From NCBI GenBank assembly GCA_951406725.2, contig OX597828.1, forward strand, positions 37,200,001-37,264,000: a DNA stretch of 64,000 bases. Direction: 5' to 3'. The notes under the pieces were generated by a model that searched no databases, was not told the DNA's origin, and worked only from the letters and a program-made list of their open reading frames with translations. A program made the position numbers and the translations under genes. Numbering within the stretch: position 1 is the first letter of the stretch; each line of letters starts with the position of its first letter. Positions 11,527 through 24,005 of this stretch are shown piece by piece. The stretch comes from Octopus vulgaris. Taxonomy: Eukaryota.

Positions 11527-13254
11527 TATTTTTGTTATTTTTTATTTGCCCTGTCCGTGTGAGCTAACAATCGTACTGACTTTCATGGGAAACATGTATT
11601 TTCGTGGTTGAAACCTTTTGGATTAACTGGTGCTAGAGTGAGCAATATAGTGACCACTCTCTTATATTTATTTTGTAAAAATATTATAATATGTTATAAA
11701 ATATTATAATAATCCAGGTTTCTCGGAGCACTAGGCCACTTGGTGTTGAATAAATATACTATTAAATTAGTATCTAATTCTCTCACCCTTATTAATTAAT
11801 TATAATTATGCTGCATTTATTTCTAAATGCTGTATTTGTTTTCCGTGAAAGTTTGGCGCGCTGTTGGTTGGGGCATTTGAATTATAACGTCGGATGTAAT
11901 CAATTGAACCACACGCGTATTTATCGTTATGGTAAAATCTGGCGTGTGATTGAGTGGATTTCATCCAGATAGTTTTGGCTGACGAGCTACAAATGGATTT
12001 TTTTGTAAGTAAAATTACATTTAATTCATTAATAGCGAAACAATTGTCCCAAAATAATCTGTATTTTTGTTATTTTTTATTTGCCCTGTCCGTGTGAGCT
12101 AACAATCGTACTGACTTTCATGGGAAACACCTTTTGGATTAACTGGTGCTAGAGTGAGCAATATAGTGACCACTCTCTTATATTTATTTTGTAAAAATAT
12201 TATAATATGTTATAAAATATTATAATAATCCAGGTTTCTCGGAGCACTAGGCCACTTGGTGTTGAATAAATATACTATTAAATTAGTATCTAATTCTCTC
12301 ACCCTTATTAATTAATTATAATTATGCTGCATTTATTTCTAAATGCTGTATTTGTTTTCCGTGAAAGTTTGGCGCGCTGCTGGTTGGGGCATTTGAATTA
12401 TAACGTCGGATGTAATCAATTGAACCACACGCGTATTTATCGTTATGGTAAAATCTGGCGTGTGATTGAGTGGATTTCATCCAGATAGTTTTGGCTGACG
12501 AGCTACAAATGGATTTTTTTTGTAAGTAAAATTACATTTAATTCATTAATAGCGAAACAATTGTCCCAAAATAATCTGTATTTTTGTTATTTTTTATTTG
12601 CCCTGTCCGTGTGAGCTAACAATCGTACTGACTTTCATGGGAAACATGTATTTTCGTGGTTGAAACCTTTTGGATTAACTGGTGCTAGAGTGAGCAATAT
12701 AGTGACCACTCTCTTATATTTATTTTGTAAAAATATTATAATATGTTATAAAATATTATAATAATCCAGGTTTCTCGGAGCACTAGGCCACTTGGTGTTA
12801 AATAAATATACTATTAAATTAGTATCTAATTCTCTCACCCTTATTAATTAATTATAATTATGCTGCATTTATTTCTAAATGCTGTATTTGTTTTCCGTGA
12901 AAGTTTGGCGCGCTGTTGGTTGGGGCATTTGAATTATAACGTCGGATGTAATCAATTGAACCACACGCGTATTTATCGTTATGGTAAAATCTGGCGTGTG
13001 ATTGAGTGGATTTCATCCAGATAGTTTTGGCTGACGAGCTACAAATGGATTTTTTTTGTAAGTAAAATTACATTTAATTCATTAATAGCGAAACAATTGT
13101 CCCAAAATAATCTGTATTTTTGTTATTTTTTATTTGCCCTGTCCGTGTGAGCTAACAATCGTACTGACTTTCATGGGAAACATGTATTTTCGTGGTTGAA
13201 ACCTTTTGGATTAACTGGTGCTAGAGTGAGCCATATAGTGACCACTCTATTATA

Positions 13255-13327
<73 letters not shown>

Positions 13328-14129
13328 TTCTGTAGTGAACTGAGTGAGTTCAAATCCCACCTGAATCGAATACGGAATTCATCAATCTTTAATCTACAAG
13401 TATGAATGGAATATTAGTCCTATACGAAATATGCGAACGGAATCGATTGACTTTAATCTTTATTCTCTACAAATACTGACCTGATGCTAACAAAAATAAA
13501 AATCAATAACATCGTAGTTATGATCATTTTTTCTCTATGCATGAAATACACACTGAATCTCGAAGTGAAAATATCATTTCATTCTCGCTCCCCATATTCA
13601 TTCGGTTATATTTGCTTCGTTTTGTTGTTGTTTTTTCCTCTCTCTCACTCTCTCTGTCTCCCTCTCTTTGAATGCACATTCTTCTATTCCATTAATCTGC
13701 AAACAGCCATCTAAGACGTTCACCCAAAGACGAACATTGATCGAAGCATACGGTGATAAGGTGGACGGTTGCAAAGCACTCTTAATGGAAACTGAAGCAT
13801 CAATTCATAAGCTGCCCTAATAGACGTTTCTTAAATCTTGGTCAAATCCATTCTGAAATAAATTCAGAATCTATTAGCAGACTGATTTTGGACAGACGCC
13901 ATTATGACCAAAATGTTATTATTCACGTAGAGGTGGAATAGCTAGAGTCGATCCCACACACACAATTCTTCTTCACTCTTCTTGTTTGACGATGTTGATG
14001 TTGTTGTTGCTGAAATTACACTTAGTAATGTTACTACTGCTGTCGCTGCTGTTGGTGTTATTGCATTTGATGCAGTTTCCATTATTGTCAGTTCCATTGT
14101 TACTACTTGATTTTGCTGCTGTTGTCGTC

Positions 14130-14191
<62 letters not shown>

Positions 14192-14484
14192 TATAGTAGT
14201 TGTTGTTGTTGTTGTAGTTACTGCTGCAAACGGACTTGAAGCATAATGTAGTTTAGAACTGTGATGTCGCGTATAATTGTAGTTTCTTTTTCCCCTGTTC
14301 TTTTAAGTGCGACTTATTCCATTTAAAGAAGCACTTGGTCTGTGTCCAAGATTTTATATGCCCCGATGTCACTTTACAGCTTATGGCCAAAAAACTTATT
14401 CAATATTTTCTATATTTAGGGCGGTAGCTAGGAGCTCAGGGCAAGTGAAGTAATAGACATAGATGCGATATGCAATGTATAATT

Positions 14485-14880
14485 TGTGTGTGTGTGTGTC
14501 TTTGTGATTTTGACAATCAGTGTTCGTTTGTTTATGTCCCTGTAACATAGTGGTTCGGCATAAAGAGAAGGATAAGATAAATACCAGGATTTAAAAAAGA
14601 ATTAAGTACTAGGATTGATTTGTTCGTATAAAACACTCAAGGCCGTGCCCCAGCATGGCCGCAGTCCAGCATATTAAACAAGCAACAGAATAAGCAATAA
14701 GGTATATAGTTAAATAGAGAGGTGCATCGACGGCTGTATGGTTAGGAAGTTTGCTCCGCAACATGTTTACTGGTTTGGCCCCATCATGCGGTACATTACG
14801 CAAGTGTCTTTACTGAAGCCCTGGGCCGACCAACGGTGTGTGAATTATATTTGGTAGACGAAAGTTGGGCGAAAACGAAA
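14485..14880 (+). mobile_element. Two decayed SINE family B halves (3' half then 5' half)
   Basis: GGTTCGGCATAAAGAG...CAGCATGGCCGCAGTC followed by GGCTGTATGGTTAGGAAG...TTGGTAGACGAAA. Confidence 0.7.
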
Positions 14881-14936
14881 TACCCACTAATACACACGTT
14901 TCTATACGTACATACGTACATAAATACATACATACA

Positions 14937-15029
<93 letters not shown>

Positions 15030-15124
15030 ATATATAATATAAATAATATATAAATATATGCATATATACATACATGAAAGTACATACCTACATATATATA
15101 TATATTGTATCTATATATGCATAT

Positions 15125-15275
15125 ATGGGTACAGGACATAAAAAAACGTAGATAGAATGAGAAACAAGAAAATAAATAACAAAAATATAGAAAATAAACT
15201 TTTTTGGAACAACGAAAAAAAAACAGAGAAACGAGTCATGCAACATAAAAAAAAACAAACATTCCCTTCAAAATT
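15125..15275. mobile_element. Short repeat fragment, inverted homologue of 31823-31995
   Basis: ATATATGGGTACAGGAC... matches the reverse complement of ...GTCCTGTACCCATATATGC at about 31975. Confidence 0.65.
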
Positions 15276-15454
15276 TCTTTAAGTTAAAGCCCACGTATTG
15301 CCACAATCCATTCACTGAAACAAATAAGAAAATAAAGACCCAACGTTTTCTTCCTTTCTTAAAACTTTCTCTCTATTTCGAATCGAATCGTACCGACGAT
15401 GACTTCGTTTCCCATTATATCGTTCATGCTTAATAAAATAATCGTTTCTACTAT

Positions 15455-16300
15455 AGGTACGAGGCCTGAAATATAGGGGGAAGGGGACAAGTCGATTATA
15501 TCGACCCCAGTGTATCATTGGTACTTAAATTATCGACTCCGAAACGATAAAAGGCAAAGTCGAGCTCGGTGGAATTTGAACTCAGAACGTAGTGGCAGAC
15601 CAAATACCTATTTCTTTATTACCCACAAGGGGCTAAACACAGAGCGGACAAACAAGGACAGACATAGGTATTAAGTCGATTACATCGACCCCAGTGCGTA
15701 ACTGGTACTTAAATTATCGACTCCGAAACGATAAAAAGGCAAAGTCGACCTCGGTGGAATTTGAACTCAGAACGTAGCGGCTGACGAAATACCACTAAGC
15801 ATTTCGCCCAGCGTGCTAACCTTTCTACCAGCGCGCGCATATTACTAAATAAGATAATGTCGTAATATAGCAATACTCCTTTAAGGCGGCGGGCTGGCCG
15901 AATCGTTTGCACGGCGGGTAAAATGCTTAGCGGCATTTCGTACGTGTGTACGTTCTAAGTTCAAATTCTGCTGAGATCGACTTTGCCTTTTATCCTTTCC
16001 GGGTCAATAAAATTAATACCAGTTGATTACTGGTGTCTATGTAATTGACTTTACCCACTCTTTCGAAATTGCCGGCCTTGTATCAAATTTTTAAAAAAGC
16101 ATTTTCTCCGATAAAGTCCTGAGCTGGCAGAATCGTGAGCACTGCGGACAAAATTTCTGAGTTCTGAGTTCAAATTCCGGAGAGGGCATCTTGGTCTTTC
16201 AGCCTCTCAAGATCGATAAATTAAATATTAGTTGAGCGCTGGCATCGATGTAATCGATTTTATCATTCCCTCAAAATTGTTAGCTTTGTACTAAAATAAG
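15455..16300. mobile_element. Cluster of SINE family A copies (15455-15836 minus, dimeric; 15884-16095 and 16120-16300 plus)
   Basis: Repeated B-box GAGTTCAAATTC and core motifs in both orientations. Confidence 0.8.
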
Positions 16301-16324
16301 AAAGACTTATTTATGTTGCCGTAG

Positions 16325-16458
16325 GTTTTAAAGTGACAGCAGCCACCTACTGTAAACTCCTGAAGGAGGTCTTGGATCCCTGGCTAGATGAGGTACCGTT
16401 GTCACTTCAAAGGAATCTCGTATTCATGCATGACAGCGCTCCCTCCTACTCTGCTACC
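16325..16458 (+). pseudogene. Fragment of the same DD37E transposase as 7810-9052
   Basis: TAATYCKLLKEVLDPWLDEVPLSLQRNLVFMHDSAPSYSA aligns with 8367-8490. Confidence 0.85.
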
Positions 16459-16529
16459 GTAGGGGTTAAAATGAAACTAGTTGAAACTTTAACTCGTGAT
16501 GTTATTCCTGTTCTTGGTTTGCATATTGC

Positions 16530-17256
16530 TATCACCTCCGCCTTAGCGAAGGCAAAGGTATTGTTTTCAGTCGTGTTTGTTTGTCCGTGGACAAGATATC
16601 TCAAGAACCGCTGGAAGGATTCAGATGAAACTTTCAGGGATGTTTGGCCTCGGGACTGGCACAAACTGATTAGAATTTAGGATCGATCCGGTACCGGACA
16701 AAGATTCTGGATTATTTTCCCGTCTTTTTTAACTTAATTTTTGAGAGCGGTTGGGTTCATTCTTAGTATTCTCGTTTTTGAGAGCAGTCAAGTTTATTTC
16801 AGATATTCTCATTTTAAAAATCATCACTGGTTCATCGTAGAGAGGACGTTGGTGTTGCCTTGGTGGAGGTTTGCGCTCTCTGAATGCTCTTGTTATCTTC
16901 GTCTTCGCTAAGACGGAGGTATTGTTTTCAGTCGTGTTTGTTTGTCTCTGGACAAGATATCTCAAGAACCACTGGATAGATTCGGATGAAACTTTCAGGG
17001 ATGTTTGGCCTCGGAACTGGTACGAACTAATTAGATTTTGGGATCGCTCCTGTACCGGACAAGGATTCCGGATTATTTTTCCATTTTTTTAAAACTTGAT
17101 TTTTGAGAGAGGCCGCGTTCATTTGAAGTATTCTGGTTTGTGAGAGCAGTCTAGTTTATTTCAGGTATATTCATTTTAAAAATCATCTCCGGCTAATACT
17201 TTAGAGGACGTTGGTGTTGCCTTGGTGGAGCTTTGCGCTCTCTGAATGCGCTTGTT
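16530..17256 (+). mobile_element. Two head-to-tail copies (about 361 bp) of a Helentron-associated (HINE/DINE-like) non-autonomous element
   Basis: 5' ACCTCCGCC..GG(C/A)RRAGGTATTGTTTTC hairpin, GTTTGTTTGTC tract, and 3' CTTGGTGGAGGTTTGCGCTCTCTGAATGCTCTTGTT subterminal IR plus hairpin; period 361. Confidence 0.75.
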
Positions 17257-17354
17257 GTTCTCGTAATTGCTATTGCAGTTGTATCCCTACTTGTGGCTGC
17301 CTTGGTTACAACAGCCGTTGTTGCTGCCATTACCGTTGTTCTTTTTCTTTCATT

Positions 17355-17787
17355 TTTTTTTACTTGTTTCAGTCATTTGACTGCGGCCATACTGGAGCAC
17401 CGCCTTAAAGGGTGTTTTTTTTTCAGCCGAAGAAATCGACACCAGGACTTATTCTTCGTAAGCCTAGTACTTATTCTATCGTTCTCTTTTTGCCGAAACG
17501 CCAGGTTAGAGACACAAATAGATTAGCATCGGTTGTCAAGCGATGTCGGTGAGGGGACAAATGGAGAAACAAACACATACACACAAACACATGTACATGA
17601 ATATATATATATATATATATACATATGTAAGACGGGCTTCTTTCAGTTTCCGTCTACCAAATCCACTCACAGCGCTTTGGTCGGGCCGAGGCTATTGTAG
17701 AAGACACTTTCCCAAGGTGCCACGCAGTGGGAATGAACCCGGAACCATGTGGTTGGGAAGCCAGCTTCTTCCCACCTAGCCACACCT
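17355..17787 (-). mobile_element. SINE family B, full length
   Basis: Head, CORE-like block, internal TA/CA tract and tail all present. Confidence 0.88.
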
Positions 17788-17789
17788 GT

Positions 17790-18018
17790 ACGTTGTTGTT
17801 GTAGCTATTATTCTTATAATCGTTAATGTTGGTGCTTTTCAGGTTGCTATTGTAGTTGTTGTTGTTACTATTGTTCGTGTCGTTGTTGCTGTTGTTTGTT
17901 TTTGTAATTGCTTTACTTGTTTCTGCAGTTGTCCCTTACTGTTGACCCTGTTACCGTCGTCTTCGTCGTCGTCATCATCTCTATTGTTATTCTTGCAGTT
18001 GGGTTTCATTGATATTGT

Positions 18019-18050
<32 letters not shown>

Positions 18051-18069
18051 CCGCTGCTCTTTTAGTTAT

Positions 18070-18104
<35 letters not shown>

Positions 18105-19092
18105 GCTGTTGTATAATATCCGCAGTCCTACTGATGATATTCTCCATATCAATCAATCAATGACAGCAAAAATAAAGAAATAAAGAAATAAAGAAATCAA
18201 CACTCACATAAATAAATAAATAAATGAATAAATAAAAAATAAATAAATAAATAAATAAATATGCGATCATCAAGCGAAATGGTTGCCAGTGCAATCAGTG
18301 AGTATTGATACTTTGCCCGTGGCAGTGTCTTATGAAAGACTTTATGACTTTTTACTAATCAGACAAGCTTGCTAAGAACAACCAATTCCAAGGTTGGTGG
18401 ACTCACACCACACTCGCCACCACAACCACCACCACCACCACCACCAGCGACAGCAATAACAACAACGCCACCAAAGCCACCACGGATCATACTACCCCCT
18501 CTCCCACCACCACGGCCGCCGCCGCCTCCGTGACCACCATCACCACCACCACCACCACCTCCACCACGGATCATAATACCACCACCACCGTCACCTCCGC
18601 GACCATCACTACCACCACCACACCACCACCAACACCACCACCATCACTCCCACCACCACCACCAACAACAACAGTAACAACACCATCATCACCATGGATC
18701 ACACTATTTCCACAATGGCTGCCACCGTCTCCGCGACCAACACGACGACGACCACCACCATCACCACCACCGCCACCAGCAACAACAATAACACCACCAC
18801 CAATAACAAAAACAACAACACCACCACCACCACCACCGCCACCACGGATCGTACTACTCCCACCAAGCCCGTCACTGCCTCCACATCCACCACGACTACC
18901 ACCACCACGACTACCACCACCACACCACCACCACGGCTACCACCGCCTCCGCGACCACCACCACTATCACCACCACGGCCGCCACCACTACCGCCACCAC
19001 GGCCACCGCTAATACTAGCACCTCTGCCACTATCACTACTTCCACCACCAAGACCAAAGCTGCTACTACCACCGCCACCACCACCAGGACTG

Positions 19093-19147
<55 letters not shown>

Positions 19148-19860
19148 CACTGCTACCGCTCAAAAACTAACGCCGTCATCCGTCATCTACACTGCCACGA
19201 ACACCGCCACCATGGCCGCCGCTACTACAGCTGCTACTATCACCAGTGCCACCACCGCCACCACCGCGAACCGCATCACCACCATCAACATTATTATCAT
19301 CACCACACCACCACCACCACCACCCTCACCACATACTACATTGCCATCACCACCGCTCTCGCGACCACCACCATCACCACCAACTGCACCACCAAACACC
19401 ACTATAACCTCCACCATGGCCACCATCACCACCACCAACAACAACAACGAAGCACCACCGGTACCTTTACCAAAATCATCTTCCCAGCACGCGTCACATC
19501 CTCACCGCCATCGTTGTCTTCTTCCAAACCTTCAATTTCTCCTGACTCTCTTCCTCCACCTCCTTCTTTTTTCCATCATCATCATCATCATCATCATCAT
19601 GCAGATGCTTCTGTTGTTGTTGTTGTTGTTGTTGTTTTTGTTGCTGCCGAAGAAGATTGTCACACTCGCTTTACATCGCCAACAATAAGTAATAATATAT
19701 AAATACCTGTTGCATCAGAAACACCAACAGCGGCAGCAGCAGTAGCAACAGCAGTAGCAGTCGTAGCAGCAGCAGCAGTAGCAGTCGCAGCAGCAGCAGT
19801 AGTAGTAGTAGTAGTAGTAATAGTAGCAGTAGTAGTTGTAACAATTGTCCTCGTTATCAT
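17790..19860. repeat. Compound trinucleotide low-complexity region ((GTT)n, (AAAT)n, (CAC)n, (CTA)n, (CAT)n, (GCA/GTA)n)
   Basis: Direct inspection; source of the poly-P/T/G/V ORFs. Confidence 0.9.
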
Positions 19861-19967
19861 TCTACTTGATCTTTTCATTGATTTTTCTCACCTACAAAAA
19901 GAATAAAAAAAAAAACACACACAACTGCATAAAAAAAAAGGCGGCAACAAACTCAACATAATCTTAC

Positions 19968-20071
19968 CTAACGGTTGTGCTTCAGACAGATTCGTGATGA
20001 TCAAAAGATATCTCTCCTGGCTTAACAGTAAACACTCTTCTTCTTCCATGCTGTGACCGTTGATTTTCGTG
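19968..20071 (-). CDS. Candidate internal coding exon (104 bp), TKINGHSMEEEECLLLSQERYLLIITNLSEAQPL(G)
   Basis: Acceptor CTTACTCTCTTTTAG| and donor TTAG|GTAAGA. Only one of three frames is open, and the sequence is unique and non-repetitive. Confidence 0.5.
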
Positions 20072-20407
20072 CTAAAAGAGAGTAAGCACAACGAACAATA
20101 CCGCACATTATCACGTGATCTAGCCATGCTAGTGTGAACCAATTAAATGCGTTTAGTGTATGAACATAAACAACATCAAAACCAGGAACAAATATATGAT
20201 GAAATGAAAGCGAAAGCAGCCGGTAGTAAAATCGTATTTTTAATTTTCTGGCATGCATACTTAACAGGAGACAAGTCTGGATATGTTTCGGTATTATTAT
20301 AAGCTCATCTGTAAATTATAGATCATTATCTTCATATCCCGGCGCAAAATTATTTGGTAGTAATTTGTACATCTGTTGTGTAAAATAATAAATGACTCCA
20401 AACATAT

Positions 20408-20691
20408 ATTTATATATAAAAGAGAAGTTGTGTGTCTGTCTCCTACGATTTAGATTCCTAACTACTCCCACATTTTGCAGTGCAGTTTAACCAAAAGCGG
20501 GTATCTTATAGTCGTGATTCATATCGAGCCCTTCTGGGTCTACGATGAGTCTACGATTAAAAAAAAATATTACCATCATTTTTTCCCATTTTTAATGCAT
20601 TTTTTGCTATTATATAAGGGAAGTAACTCTCTAAAATGCTTATATAGTTATTTCCCTTACAAACCCGAGCAACGCCGGGCGATACTGCTAG
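20408..20691 (+). mobile_element. Non-autonomous Helitron
   Basis: 3' hairpin CCCGAGCAACGCCGGG then CTAG|T; homologous to 62242-62636. Confidence 0.82.
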
Positions 20692-20759
20692 TTCTATATA
20701 AGGGAAATTGGAAATTTAACTGGAAATACATACGAAGCGAGAAGAAAACAATATTTTCT

Positions 20760-21150
20760 TCTACTCTAGGCACAAGGCCCGAAGATTTTGGGGAGGAGGC
20801 CAGTCGATTAGTCTGAACCCAATACGCAACTGGTGCTTAATTAATAGACTTCGAAAGAATGAAAAACAAAGTTAACCTCGCTGGAATTTGAACTCAGAAC
20901 GTAGCGACGGGCGAAATACCTATTTCTTTACTACCCACAAGGGGCTAAATACAGAGAGGACAAACAAGGACAGACAAACGGATTAAGTCGATTATATCGA
21001 CCCCAGTGCATAACTGGTACTTATTTAATCGACCCCGAAAGGATGAAAGGCAAAGTCGACCTCGCCGGAATTTGAACTCAGAACGTAGCGACGGGCGAAA
21101 TACCGCTAAGCATTTCTCCCGGCGTGCTAACGGTTCTGCCAGCTCGCCGC
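20760..21150 (-). mobile_element. SINE family A, dimeric
   Basis: Same architecture as 1280-1672. Confidence 0.88.
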
Positions 21151-21598
21151 TGGAAGACAACAATATTATACAATCCCTGGCATAATTTTCATTTTTCTTA
21201 CAAGTTATACAAAGAGGAGATAATTTCAGTCATGTTTTAGACTTATTTCAAGTTCATCAGCGAAGGCTACCTTCCGCAGTAGTTACTGTCGGAAAATACT
21301 TTCTTAAAAGGGAATTCGGTCCTAATCTCAGCTTATCACAGCATTCACTGCGCTTTTTAGTCAAAGATTCTCTAACTAAATCTACAAGATTGTACATTAA
21401 TCAGCACAAAAAAACTAGGGTTGTTCGTGGATGAATAATTTAAGTGCGGATTTAAATCAGTTTTATACACCAATCCCTCTTTAGTTGAGAAATGTCATGT
21501 TTGAAACTATTTTGAATTGAGATAAGTCAAGATTACTGAAGAAACATGACATGCAGAGAATCCCAATTTTGCTTTCGGTAGATAACATCTTTAAAGGA

Positions 21599-21824
21599 GA
21601 AATATTGAATTTCTAAATCTCTCGTAGAGAGATGTACGGTGGTGGGGCGATAGAATGGTTGTATACTGTCAATCTAACAAGAACGTGACAGTAGGGGGTA
21701 CACCACCGCTGTATAGCCCTAGGAAGCATCGAACGCCTCCTGATAGCTTTGACACATTTTTTCCCTACATTGTACCCCCTACTGTCACGGTCTTGTTAGA
21801 TTGACAGTATACAACCATTCTATC
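21599..21824. mobile_element. Short insertion with 54-bp inverted repeat and 12-bp target-site duplication
   Basis: Arms 21649-21702 and about 21771-21824; ATCTTTAAAGGA at 21587-21598 and 21822-21833. Confidence 0.8.
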
Positions 21825-21889
21825 TTTAAAGGAATAATCATGAAATTTAATTTCATAGTAAAAGGGTAAGATAATAAATAATATCTCTA

Positions 21890-22322
21890 TACTCTTTTAC
21901 TCTTTTACTTGTTTCAGTCATTTGACTGTGGTCATTCTGGAGCACCGTCTTAAGTCGAGCAAATCGACCTCAGGACTTATTCTTTGTAAGCCTAGTACTT
22001 ATTCTATCGGTCTCTTTTGCCGAACCGCTAGTGACGGTGACGTAAACACACCAGCAACGGTTGTCAAGCGATGTTGGTGGTGGTGGTGGAGGTGGTGGGG
22101 ACAAACACAGATACACAAACTTATACACACACATACATATATATATTTATATATATACGACGGGCTTCTTTCAGTTTCCGTCTACCAAATCCACTCACAA
22201 GGCTTTGGTCGGCCCGAGGCGAAAATAGAAGACACTTGCCGAAGGTGCCACGCAGAGGGACTGAACCCTGAACCATGTGGTTGGTAAGCAAGCTACTTAC
22301 CACACAATCACTCCTACGCCTA
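21890..22322 (-). mobile_element. SINE family B, full length
   Basis: All family B blocks present. Confidence 0.88.
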
Positions 22323-22636
22323 TTGATACATTCATGATGACAAAAATAATTAAAAAGAAATTTTCTAGCAAGTACAGAAGACGAAACATAGCTCCTAATT
22401 TGTTTGTGTCTTATTCTGACTTCATCAGCGAAGCCTAAATTTTCTTCTCTGTTATTGCTGAAGCAGTGATAGAAGGCTTTCTCAGTAAACGTACAAGAAT
22501 GTACATTGCCGTTCACATTAAAAACAAAATGTATGTTAGCGATAACTTATTTGATATACATGGAATATTGCAATTTCGAAAATAATAATCAAAGAGCAGA
22601 AAAAAGTCCCGATGTGTATTGTTATATTTAAGGATG

Positions 22637-22689
<53 letters not shown>

Positions 22690-22692
<3 letters not shown>

Positions 22693-22915
22693 TCTTTAAC
22701 TCGTTTCTTCATTTGCTTGTTTCAGTCATTTGACTGAGGCCTTGCTGGAGCACCGCCTTTAGTCGAACAAATGGGCTCCAGGATTTATTCTTTGTAAGCC
22801 TTAATCTATCGGCCTACTTTGGTGAACCGCTAGGTTACGGGGACGTAAACACACCAGCATCGGTTGACAAGTAATGGTGGGGGGACAAACACAGACACAA
22901 AAGCACACACACACA
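22690..22915 (-). mobile_element. SINE family B, 3' half
   Basis: GTTTCAGTCATTTGACTG...GGAGCACCGCC...GGGACAAACACAG. Confidence 0.8.
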
Positions 22916-22935
22916 TATTATATATATATATATGA

Positions 22936-23038
<103 letters not shown>

Positions 23039-23958
23039 CATAAAGAGTGAGAGAGAAAGGTTGGGGTAGCAAAAGCTACGCATATTTAAATGCACATATA
23101 TCTAAATATATATATAGATGAGCATTTGAGTAGGGGAGCATGTGTTTGTGTAAGTGAGTATGTTCGTGTATGCGTGTGTGCGCGTGTGCGTAAGTGCACG
23201 TGTGCGAACTTTGCGCCCTTCAGGCCATAGAATGCAAGAGCCCCAAGTATTTGTGCTTTTCTAAGGATTGCAGACAGAAACAATGGCAAGCATGGCTAAT
23301 CCAAGTCGAGTTTGGCTGTTGAGAATTCTCTGTTCAGTCAGTTCAGTCCGGAGAGTTCTTACAATCATTAGAATAAGAGGAACAGGGAGAAAAGTAAGTG
23401 TACGCAGAGTGGGAGAGACGGCAGATTCAGAGAAAGACTCTCTTGATGTTTATGGGGCAAGAGTCAGGAGCTAGAGAGCAGGAAGCGAGGAAGACAAAAT
23501 GAGCAGTGACTAAGCTAGCGGTGTCGAGTCACGGTCAGGGTCCAGCGTCAAGACGGTCAATGTTTATTGGATATATCGTATGATGTCATTAAAGGTGAAA
23601 AAAGAAGCATCATCTTCTATTACGGGTATTCAATCACATATGTATATATGGTCTTAGCTGTACAAACACACACTCGCGCATACACATGCGCGCACATATA
23701 CACACACGTACGTGTGCATATGCACATAATCTTACACGCATAAACGCATGCACACACACATATAAATAAATATATAACATCTAAAGTTTGATATACATTT
23801 ATATGTATATATACAAACGCATATTTATCTATCGATCTATCTATGTATACATATATACATACATGTTGTTATTTATGTTCATATGAATATATATATATAT
23901 TCATATATTTATATCTGAATATGAATGTGTATGTATGTATGCATGTGTGAGTATGTAG

Positions 23959-24005
<47 letters not shown>

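Larger units (their letters stand above)
9577..13260. mobile_element. Retrozyme-like array: 536-bp unit, about 2.8 copies in one orientation then about 4.1 copies inverted (switch at 11065/11066)
   Basis: AGGGTGAGAG at 9591, 10127 and 10663 (period 536). Inverted TCGTGGTTGAAACC at 11066, 11602, 12654 and 13190, with one copy carrying a 19-bp deletion at about 12130. Flanked by (TA)n on both sides; each unit has a hammerhead. Confidence 0.93.

Noticed and set aside
9577-13260. CRISPR array or ordinary satellite
   Set aside because: No repeat-spacer alternation and a eukaryotic context. The short array with an inversion and one HHR per unit fits a retrozyme better.
18359-19688. Gly-rich RGG-like and Pro/Thr-rich mucin-like ORFs
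   Set aside because: Open in several frames on both strands because (CAC)n lacks stops; no splice or domain evidence.
21235-21262. Minus-strand CUGAUGA-ACUU-GAAA-UAAGUC
   Set aside because: No room for helix II and no helix I; likely chance.
23230-23560. Purine-rich unique segment with a plus-strand GTAAGT donor
   Set aside because: No clear acceptor, recognisable peptide or terminal repeats; cannot be classified.
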